Positions 39,202 through 49,548 of a stretch of DNA of 64,000 nt are shown here, in pieces. Source of the DNA: Octopus vulgaris (taxonomy: Eukaryota); contig OX597835.1 of assembly GCA_951406725.2 (NCBI GenBank), positions 49,972,001 to 50,036,000 of the forward strand, read 5' to 3'. Each line of letters starts with the position of its first letter. Position 1 is the stretch's first letter. Position numbers and translations under genes: made by a program. The notes below the pieces were generated by a model. It was not told the origin of the DNA. It made no database searches and saw only the letters and a list, made by a program, of their open reading frames with translations.

Positions 39202-39724
39202 TAACTAGAAAGGGTATGGCCTGGTCAGCCTGTAATGACATGCATAAGATCTGGTCATCAAATCTAAGTAGAGACTTCAAACTTGAAATATTCAAAGCCA
39301 CAGTCGAACCAATCCTACTATATGGCTCAGAAACCTGGACGTTATCAAAGAAGCTTGAGAGGCGGTTGGATGGAACCTACACTCGCCTCCTTATGAGAGC
39401 TCAAAATCTCTCGTGGAGGCGCCATCCAACTAAAATGCAAATATATGGGAAATTACCACCTGTGTCATCTCTTGTGAAAGGTAGGAGAGTCCAGTTTGCT
39501 GGACATTGTTGTAGAGCTGAAAAAGAAGTAATTTCTACTCTTCTCCTCTGGAAGCCATCTACTCGCAACACCAGAGGGCGCACACTCTCCTACCCTGATG
39601 TAATCTCCAGGGATACAGGCATCCAGCAACAGGACCTCCGTAATGCTATGATGGACCGTGAAGTCTGGCGCAACATGGTAAATTCCATTGTCTCGACCAC
39701 GGTCGAACAATGATGATGATGATG
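39202..39724 (+). mobile_element. RTE/RTE-X LINE 3' fragment with intact frame and (TGA)n tail, inside a SINE
   Basis: VEPILLYGSETWTL...LDGTYTRLL...QFAGHC...MMDREVWR; (TGA)n tail; ATTTC on both sides. Confidence 0.85.
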
Positions 39725-39837
39725 ATTTCACGAGCAGGCTGTTCCATTGATCGTATCAGCTGAGACCCTCGTCATCGTAACCAATGGAGGAGTGCTCCTA
39801 TACATATGTATATACATATACATATATACATACACAC

Positions 39838-39901
<64 letters not shown>

Positions 39902-40088
39902 GGTTTAAGTAATTGAGATTCAAGTGAATTCTAATGAATTCACATGAATATGGTCCTTAACTAAGATGCACCGGAAATCTATATGGTGTTAACCATACGA
40001 CAAGTGGGGTGATTATATTGTAGCTTATTAAAGATGTCCTCGTACGAAACAATTGTACCGAGATTTTCATCCATTCTTGTTGCTTTTT

Positions 40089-40137
<49 letters not shown>

Positions 40138-40194
40138 GTGTGTGTGTGTGTGTGTGTATAAGGATGAAAAGGAACACACGAGTTGATATATATG

Positions 40195-40624
40195 AAAAAA
40201 CAAGTCAAGATAGAAAATGCTAAAATAATTTTATAAAGAACATTTCAGTCATTTTGAGACCTTTTCAACTGTAATGATTAAATAATTAAATTTAGAAAAA
40301 TTAAAAGAAAAGTTTTTTTAAAGAATATTTGTATAGTGTTCAAGTATAAGTGGCATTTTCCTTGTTTCTGCCTTTCTCTGTCTCTCTTGTTCACACTTGT
40401 GGGTTCGAGGTCCTCGAACCCACAAGTGTGAACAAGAGAGACAGAGAAAGGCAGAAACAAGGAAAATGCCACTTATATTTGAACACTATACAAATGTTTT
40501 TTTAAAACTTTGCTTTTAATTTTTCTAAATTTAATTATTTAATCGTTACAGTTGAAAAGGTCTCAAAATGACTGAAATGTTCTTTATAAAATTATTTTAG
40601 CATTTTCTATCTTGACTTGTTTTT

Positions 40625-40625
<1 letters not shown>
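40195..40625. repeat. Near-perfect ~430-bp palindrome with 1-nt spacer
   Basis: Centre GGGTTCGAGG-T-CCTCGAACCC at 40401-40421; arms of ~215 bp with few mismatches; lies between (TA)n/(TG)n tracts. Confidence 0.92.
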
Positions 40626-40682
<57 letters not shown>

Positions 40683-40889
40683 CATATACATATATATATA
40701 TACATATATTTATATATCTATATATGAAATTTTTAAACATAAGGATAATGTAAACCTGTTAAATAACTGTTTAGAGCTGGGCTATTGTGTATACATAGTA
40801 CTACCCGTACCTTCAAAGATTTTAGAAAATATTATTATGGCTGCCCCCTCATTATCAAGTATGGCCATTACACGAAGCTTAACTGTTAC

Positions 40890-41695
40890 TGGTGCTGTGA
40901 TCAAATGTGACTTTTTAGCCCAGCTAAAGATCTACAATGTCTTGTGCAGAATTGGCAGCTAAAACCTTTACCGGTAATAGCCGGCTGTAGTTGTAACTGG
41001 GCTTCATGTACCTTTGCATGTCGTTTAAGTCCTCCTGCCGAATTACACTCTCTTCCACATGCCCGACAGATATGATTAGTATGGAGTGTAACTCCACCAC
41101 CAGTGGCCAGGTTGTCACTCATCTGTCTCGCTTTATGACTACGAAGATGACTCTTGAATCCAGCTTTACTGAAGCAGGGTCTTGCACAGGCATTGCATGT
41201 CAGCATCAAAGGAAGACCCTTCCCGTCTGGAAGTGTAACAGCGATGCCCTTCCTGACATCCCTCCTTACTTTCTCATGTGCAACTCGAGATTTCTCAAAA
41301 GTGGCTGTCCCCTCATGCACAATCCTTCTCCACCTGCTACGATCAATAGCTATGCCTTCCCATGTATCAGGAGAGATGCAAGCATCTCTTAAGGAAGCCT
41401 TCAGCAAGTCCTTATACCTCTTTTTTGGTTTATGTGGAGGTCATTCTCCTTTAGCTAACTCTCCATAAAAGAGTTGTTTTGGCATCCTTGAATCCTTCAT
41501 CCTGACCAGATGACCACTCCATCTGAGCCTTTGCTTTAACACAAGAGGTTCTATACTTTCACACCAAGAGCCTTCCAATATTTCAAGATCCACTTAATGC
41601 CATAGATCCATCTGAAGCACATCTGATGGAAATGTTCCAGTTGTTTAAGGTGGTATCGATATGTGACCCACGTCTCGCAGGCATAGAGAAGGGAA
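40890..41695 (-). mobile_element. RTE-BovB-like LINE 3' fragment with three C2H2 zinc fingers
   Basis: [11 protein letters not shown]..., LRWSGHLVRM...PKQLFYGEL, then CNAC..H..H, CRAC..H..H and CQFC..H. Confidence 0.87.
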
Positions 41696-41731
41696 AATAA
41701 TATACATACATACATCCATATACACATATAC

Positions 41732-41786
<55 letters not shown>

Positions 41787-41791
41787 TATAC

Positions 41792-41846
<55 letters not shown>

Positions 41847-43737
41847 TATACATATATATATACACATATACATTACATAATATAAATAATATATATATAT
41901 ATATGCATATATATATATATATATATGCATATATACATATATATATGTACATACTTACATCTATACATATAAATGAATGCATAGGTGGGCACAAGATGTC
42001 ATGAAATGTCGAAGTATGAGAACATGGAATATGAACAACGAAAGACACAAATGGAAAACAAAACAAACAACATAACAAACGACCCTTCATCAGTTGTTGG
42101 CTGTTTTTCTACTCTCGTATTTCTAGCATTTAACAACAATATACACTTTTAATAAAACAGGTCCTCCCACAAAGCAAATTAAATTAAATTTGAGATTTTG
42201 CGGAGGGTCAAAATTGGTAACACAAACAAGACAGTGAAAACAAACAGGAATGGGAGCTAAGCCTAAACGAGGTTGTGGTGGTGAACATGTAAATCAAGCT
42301 TGGACAGGAGACAGACAAGAAAAAGTCTTCTTTGTTCCAGCTACAAAGGAGAGAAGAAAGAAACACAAGTTAGAAGAATGAAAGATGGCCGACAGTCACG
42401 TGGGAACCACGTGAGCAAGGGAGGAGGAGTGAGGGAGAGAGAGTGACAGAGTAATAGGATAGAATAGTAGGAGAAGAGGAGGTAAAGGAATAAGAGAGTA
42501 AAAGAGAAAAACAAAAAAGTAAAAAGATCGTATAAAGTGCACATCAGAATTAAGATAAAACTGACTTGGAAGAGGATGCTTGGCCTTCAGTCATAAAATA
42601 ATATAAATACTCTCTCTTATTCTTTTACCTGTGTATATATATATATATCTCTTATTATAAAAGGCAGATTTTATCTGCCTCCCTTTGTCACTTATAGAAA
42701 TCTACAATATAGGATTTCTTCAATTACAATTTACTTAGCATTCTTAAGAGTAGAATGCATCGGGTTTTGCCAGGTCCACTTTTTAAAATTTAAACTCCAA
42801 TTAAGCAAAATTTACAGAAAACTCACATTCTGGTGTGTATGTCAAATGCTTTTCTTAATGTGTTTTACACCACACGCACACGCACACACACAGTGTGCAA
42901 CGAATAAAATGAAAGTAATTCACCTTTTGTAGTGAGTGACTCTTTCAGTCTGCCACTTCCTCTTTACACACATAGACACGCAAATATATAAATAAAATTG
43001 TAAGCTAACGTGCGTGTGCGTGTGTGTGAGTGTGTGTGTGCGTGTGTGTGTGTGTGAGGGTGCGTGTGTGTGTGTGTTTCAGTCTGCCACTTCCTCTTTA
43101 CACACATAGACACGCAAATATATAAATAAAATTGTAAGCTAATGTGCGTGTGTGTGAGTGTGTGTGTGCGTGTGTGTGAGAGTGCGTGTGTGTGTGTGTG
43201 TGTGCGTGCGTGTGCGTGAGTGTGTGACAGGAAAGTATTTTAGGACGAATATAAGACCTATATCGGCGATGTTTCGCTTGTCGTAGCACAGGTTTCCGTC
43301 GATTTCCGTAAAAACTTTTATTTTTTTACATAAGTAATGAGAGCGAAAGAGACTAAGAGAAAGCGATTGTATGACGAGGGAAGTTCTTTTGAAGTTACCG
43401 TGCATGGGACGCATTGATGTACATGTGTGTGTGTGTGTGTGTGTGTTTGATGGAGTGTGGGAGACAGACAGTATGTTGTGTAAGTGAAGTGCTTCTGTTA
43501 GTGTGTGTGAAGAGACAGAGAGAGTAATGTGTGAAAGAGAGAGATAACTGAAATTTTTTACTCGGTTTATGTGTATATGTATGTATGCATGTATGTGTGT
43601 GTGTGTGTGTGTATGTATGTGTGTGTGTATGTATGTATGTATGTATGGCCGATTCAGTGTTTACATTTTTTACGGAAATCGATGGAAATGTGTGCTACGA
43701 CAAGCGAAACATCGCCCCTATATCCAAGTAGCAGAAA

Positions 43738-44204
43738 GATCGCCCAAAAGTGTATATAGATATTTAAATGTATTTATATATTCATCTATACACAGATGTA
43801 TGTATAATGTGTGTGTATATATTTCCATACACGTAACCATTCACTCCGCACAAAGTTTTTTAGGACGAAAATAAGATCTAAAGTTATCTCTAAGTAGCAC
43901 AGAGATCGCCCAAAAGTGTATATAGATATATAAATGTATTTATATATTCATCTATGCACACATGTATGTATAACGTGTGTGTATATATTTCCATAGAGGT
44001 AACCATTCACTCCATACAAAGTTTTTTAGCACGAAAATAAGATCTAAAGTTATCTCTAAGAAACAGAAAGATCGCCCAAAAGTGTATATAGATATTTAAA
44101 TGTATTTATATATTCATCTATACACACATGTATGTATAATGTGCGTGTATATATTTCCATAGAGGTAACCATTCAATCCATACAAAGTTTTTTAGGACGA
44201 AAAT
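43738..44204. repeat. 166-bp tandem repeat x~2.8 inside the Helitron
   Basis: GATCGCCCAAAAGTGTATATAG recurs at 43738, 43904 and 44070. Confidence 0.9.
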
Positions 44205-44442
44205 ATTTATATATAAAAGAAAGGTTGTGTGTCTGTCTACTCCGATTTAGATTCCTAACTACTCCCACATTTTGCGATGCAGTTTAACCAAAACCGGGTA
44301 TCTTATAGTCGTGATTCATATCGAGCCCTTCTGGGTATTAGCGCGCGTCTACGATGAGTCTATGATTTTACAAATAATTTACCATCATTTTAATGCATAT
44401 TTTAAAAAATAAACGGAAGTAACTCTCAAACTTCACACCAAT

Positions 44443-44964
44443 ATGCGTGCTCATATGCGATGTAATATCACATCAGCAGCATTTCCTCACACCCTCCTTG
44501 CACTTGGCGAAGGCAAAATACCAGGGGATGAAAATGGTAATATTGGCATCGATTCCATTTGTACCATTGTTAAGACGCCTTCTGATCTCAGAGATGCAGT
44601 GTTCCCAGATCTACAAGCTAATTATCAGAATATGGATTGGATTGGCAAAAAGGCTATACTGGCCCCGAGGAATAAAACTGTTCACCATATTAATGATGAA
44701 ATGCTAAAACTCATTCCTGGGGAAGTCTATGTATATCAGTCTATCGATACAACTCCTGACCCAGAGGATGTCATCAACTATCCAATAGAGGTACTCAATT
44801 CCTTTGAGCACCCCGGACTACCACCACACTTTCTCAAACTTAAAGTTGGTGCCCCTATAATGCTCATCAGAAATTTGGTTCCCCCAAAACAATGCAATGG
44901 CACACGTTTGATCGTTAAGTCTTTATCTCCCACCGTAAGCTTATATCAATATTTGCCTGAATAA
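44443..44964 (+). pseudogene. Helitron RepHel PIF1-like helicase fragment
   Basis: AILAPRN...IN, YPIEVLNS...GLPPHFLKLKVGAPIMLIRNL...CNGTRL, typical of Helitron helicases; truncated at both ends. Confidence 0.9.
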
Positions 44965-45384
44965 TCATCATAATTCAGTGCAATCATTAACAGTACTTTC
45001 AAGCAATTCAGCCCTGAGCAACGCCGGGCAATTCTGCTAGTATATATATATATATGTAGGTCCTGGGTTGAGTCATGTATATTTATCTACTTCTTCCCTC
45101 CACTTAACAATAACAAACTAACTAAAAGCAATTGTCTTCTAATTTACCTAAAACCCCATCCCACATATCTGATTCTATTCAATTAACTTATTTATTCATT
45201 TATTTACTTTCTCACTGATTCTTCCCATTTCAAAAAACTCTCTGGCCTTTTGACCACTCCCCTAAGAACAATAGTTTGTGCCCTGTTTATCTCCTAAATA
45301 CCAACTTACCCAAAAAACGTCCCCCACCACCACCTCATTAAATCTGCCTAAATGTATAAATACCAGACCCTTATATTGACAGCC

Positions 45385-45435
45385 AGCTTCCTGAAGATTT
45401 CATCTGAATGAAACAGTTCTAGTCCTGTAGAAGCT
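45385..45435 (+). ncRNA. Solo type I hammerhead ribozyme motif
   Basis: AGCTTC-CTGAAGA-tttcatctgaat-GAAA-CAG(ttctagtc)CTG-TA-GAAGCT: perfect 6-bp stem I, stem III, GUA site, AATAAA at 45445. The closing pair of stem II is a T-T mismatch. Confidence 0.65.
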
Positions 45436-45502
45436 CCTTCTATAAATAAAATATATATATATATACACACACACACACATATATATATACATATATACAC
45501 AT

Positions 45503-45549
<47 letters not shown>

Positions 45550-45752
45550 AAATAGAAAGATGAATAATCTTGTAGTAGATTAATCAAAAGTTTAACCGAT
45601 ACCTTGGTAGCAAAAATCACAGCAGTAAACAGCACGGTTGGAGGTACAACCATATGGTGTTGCAACCGTGCGTTGGTGCGGATAATTGAAATTAAAATAT
45701 TATTGGTGAATTGAAGAAATGGAGTTGAACGAAGATTGAACAGAAATCGTTT

Positions 45753-45845
45753 TATTTCATTCTACACGTGTTTCGAAAGGCACAATTTACCAAAATCCGA
45801 TTGAATAATGGGACCATATTGTGTCTTTCTCTTCAGGAAGAAATA
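45753..45845 (-). ncRNA. Type I hammerhead ribozyme (left arm, opposite strand)
   Basis: Near-identical reverse complement of 45985-46076; core and stems retained, differences only in the stem II loop. Confidence 0.8.
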
Positions 45846-45984
45846 GGAAATCCGTTGGAAAAAACAAAAACAGAACAGAGGCGGAGCAAAACAAATCGAA
45901 CGAGGCTCCTAAGAGCCCATGGCGAACTAGTTCGATTTGTTTTGCTCCGCCTCTGTTCTGTTTTTGTTTTTTCCAACGATTTCC

Positions 45985-46076
45985 TATTTCTTCCTGAAGA
46001 GAAAGACACAATATGGTCCCATTATTCAATCGGATTTGGGAAATTGTGCCTTTCGAAACACGTGTAGAATGAAATA
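45985..46076 (+). ncRNA. Type I hammerhead ribozyme (right arm of fold-back element)
   Basis: Stem I TATTTCTTC / GAA(T)GAAATA; core CTGAAGA 45994-46000; stem II GAAAGACACAAT / ATTGTGCCTTTC; GAAA 46055-46058; palindromic CACGTG stem III; GUA cleavage triplet 46064-46066; AATAAA directly after. Confidence 0.8.
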
Positions 46077-46190
46077 AAACGATTTCTGTTCAATCTGCGT
46101 TCAGCTCCATTTCTTCAATTCACCAATAATATTTTATATATATATATATATATATGCATGCACGCCCCACACAAATATATATATATATTG

Positions 46191-46580
46191 GCACAGGCAT
46201 GGTTGTGTGGTAAGAAGCTTACTTCCCAATCATGTGGTTCTGGGTTCAGGCCCACTTTGTGGCACCTTGGGCAAGTGTCTTCTTCTATAGCCTCAGGCCA
46301 ATTAAAGCCTTGTGAGTGGATTTGGTATACAGAAACTGAAAGAAGCCTGTCATATGAATATATGTGTGTGTGTTTGTCACCCCACCACTTCTTAACAACC
46401 AGTGGTAGTTTATTTTTCATTCCCATAACTTAGCAGTTTGCCAAAAGTGACCATCAGAATAATTACCAGGCTTTAAAAAAACGAGTACTTAAGTTGAGTC
46501 ATTTGAATAAAAAAAAAAAATGAAATCCAAGGCAGTGCTCCAGTGTGGCCTCAGTCTAATGACTAACAAACAAAAAAGAT
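46191..46580 (+). mobile_element. tRNA-derived SINE, family A
   Basis: Colinear with 33486-33868. Confidence 0.8.
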
Positions 46581-46591
46581 ATATATCTATC

Positions 46592-46657
<66 letters not shown>

Positions 46658-48829
46658 CACACATATACATATACATACATACATAGATATTGGCACTGGC
46701 AAAGTGTGTGGTTGGGAATAAATAATCCACTGGTCTGCACTGATTATTTTATCAACCTACAAACCCAGGAGTCTTGTCTTCCTTTTGTTATGAAACTTTA
46801 CAGTATCTCCCAGACTGGTGGGAGAGAGAGGGGGAAGGGGGGGGAGACAGACAGGAAAATATCCTTAAACCAGTGACCTCTCCTTATTGCTCACAACAGA
46901 GTGGACTCCACTAAAGATACTCAAAGTGTTAAACTAAACGATGGGATAAGCCAAGGGTTTCCCAACCAGGCTCCATGTGACCTCCACATAAGATTTTGTT
47001 GTTAAGATTTATGAGCAATAAATTGCTGATATCTTCTACAATATACCATATATTTTAACAATTCCTGATAATATTTGACAATAAAAATATAACAGGATTT
47101 TTTAAAACATTGAATGGTGTTGAGAGTCCTCTAGAGCAAAATAAGAACCAAAGGAGTACACAGGTAAAAAGAAAATGTTTGAGAATCAGAAGTCTACCAC
47201 CAAAAGGGGCCATGATGGAAACTGAACTCAGAACATAAAAAAACTGGGATAATTACCACAAGGTACCATCATCATCAAATGTCCCGTTTTCCATGCTGGC
47301 ATGAATTGGACAGCTGAACAGGAACTGGCAAGGCCAGGGGCAGCGGCAAGTTCCCTAGTCTGTCTTGGTTTGGTTTCTATGGCTGGATGCCATTCCTAAG
47401 GCTAACCTAAGTTATATGGTCGAATATTGTTTCTGCCATGGACTGGTTCTTTTTTTGTTATTGACCCTGAAATGCCGAAAGAGGCAAAGTTGACTTCAGC
47501 AGGATTTGAACTCAGAATGTAAAGAGGGTCAGACCAACGGAACATATAACAGAGCATTTTGTCTAATGCTTAAACAACTTGGCCAATCTGTCACCTTTTT
47601 AAAGGTGTGTCAGATGACATGGAGGTGGTGAATCCTTAACCAGGAGCTAAACAACAACCCCAAATTGATGACAGGTTTGTTTTTAACCTTTTTTTTTTCT
47701 TACTGAAATACTGTCTTTGTTTCAATTTATTTTGAAATTAATGACAAATCTAATAAAATAATTTTGTCTTTATTATGTTAGTATTTGGAACATAAATTAA
47801 CATGAAATCTTGGTTTTTAATTTCTATTTTTGTATTTGTTTTGTAAGATTCCTGATGTGAAATCCTGTGTTGAAACATTAATGACAAAATTATTTGACTA
47901 AATCCTTCGTTATTTTCAACATTAATTGAAAGAAAGACATCGGAATTTCAACTGAAATATAATAACAAAAGAATTCAATTACAACCAAATCTCTTAAAAA
48001 TGAAGGACATCAAACGTGTGAAAAGTAAGCCTGGTTTGCCTTTAATCACGGAACCTCTTGAAGACCAATTTAGAGGAGAAACAGCAACAACAATAATCAC
48101 ATGAGTAAATGTATCAATGAGGGAACGTCTGTGTGGTTGTTAGACCTGCTGGAGATAACAGTCCATTCTTTCTCAAATCATATCTTACCATCTTAAAGAG
48201 TGAAAGGGCACATTAGATAATTAGTCCCATGTATTCTATCTCTGAATACAATACAACAGTGACCATCTCAAGCTGGTCATAGTTGTAATGACTCTGGTCA
48301 TTAGTCTCCTTGATCTGGAGAAATGGGGTGTTTAGCAACAATAAGACACAAATAGCGTAACAAGTATTCTCTTGTGAAAACAGTGGAACAAAACCTATGA
48401 GAACAAGTTCCAACTCCAGGATGTTCTGCTTTTATTATTTCTGTCAGCAGCCCAATGCTTTTAATCCCAATGTAGAGGGGGAAACTTCTACATCAAGGTT
48501 TTTCAACCTTTTATAGCTCAGTAACCCCTTTCTAGGAATGGCACTTAAAAAAGAAAAGAAAAGGAAAGGAACAAAGATATATAAAAGCAACAGATTCTTT
48601 TAATCAAACTGGTTAATTTTGTACAGTGGTTTATTATTCATATTTTGTTATACATATCTAGCTTCTTGTGCCTCTTTAGATATTTATGTGAACTAGTGCA
48701 CCTAATTTAAATTACTAAAGGCAAGGACTTCTATAAATGTGATCACATCTGTCAGGTTCCTGGCCACTGATAACACAATGTCAGATGCATATTTTCATCT
48801 CATCCAAGATATTCTGGAAAATGTGCTTC

Positions 48830-49031
48830 ACCCTTTAGCATTCCGCTTATTCTGTGACATGTGATGTTTATTTATTCACATTGTTTTGAATTAATCATGC
48901 ATTGTCTCGCAGCTTTGAGATTTTGATGATGTAACTGGGTTGTGTATTTTTAGAATAACATTGTAGGGGAGGTGTGACAGGCAGGATCTGAACCTAAAAC
49001 AGGTCGGATATTTGGCTTGCTAAAGGGTTAA
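48830..49031. mobile_element. piggyBac-like MITE
   Basis: CCCTTTAGCA...TGCTAAAGGG|TTAA termini; related copies near 10640-10842, 11132-11680, 20355-20587 and 57911-58121. Confidence 0.7.
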
Positions 49032-49548
49032 AATATAATATTTAAGAAAATGATAACCCCTCTAAATACACAATTCCACCTATAGTGTCACCTTGACATT
49101 TACTGCTCCTTTGTGAGCTCACAATGCCCTTAATGGGGCAATGTCACCCACATTAAGAATCATTAGCCTACATGGTTGTTTAACCTGTTAAAGAGAGCAA
49201 ACAATTCTTCTTCAGAAGGTACCCAAGTGTCTTAAAAAAAATGGAAGAAGGCATTGGATAATGCGGTATTAGGTATATAAAAAGACAGGGTGGTCAAGTC
49301 TGGAGTCACTTTTATCATAGGCCTGCTGGATCAGGGTAGACCTAGGATTAAATAACAATAAAAACAAATAACAATAAAATATTTCTTACACTGGTGAATT
49401 CTTTTTTATAAATGATATTTGAAAACTAAAAAATATAGAGAATTTTATTTTATTTTGTCCAATAAAGTTTTTAGTAAAATCAATTAAAATCAAATACATG
49501 ATTCTGTAATTTTGTTGCTTCCAATAGAAAAGGCAAAACTAAAGTTCA

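Larger units (their letters stand above)
42648..45040 (+). mobile_element. Non-autonomous compound Helitron carrying a PIF1 helicase fragment
   Basis: A|TC start at 42648; 3' hairpin CCCTGAGCAACGCCGGG then CTAG|T at 45037-45041; inserted in (TA)n. The 5' boundary is less certain than the 3'. Confidence 0.75.
45693..46136. repeat. Fold-back element, ~208-bp arms, 28-nt spacer; Penelope-like inverted terminal repeats
   Basis: 45693-45901 is the near-perfect reverse complement of 45930-46136; (TA)n tracts on both sides. Confidence 0.9.

Noticed and set aside
41551-42090. ORFs rich in YI/IY/CV (also 29789-30026, 54950-55512, 59075-59290, 61246-61716)
   Set aside because: Translations of (TA)n, (CA)n, (GA)n and (AAT)n microsatellites.
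45768-46067. Similar ORFs on both strands (also 55469-55718 and 40278-40472)
   Set aside because: A by-product of the palindromes; no recognisable protein.
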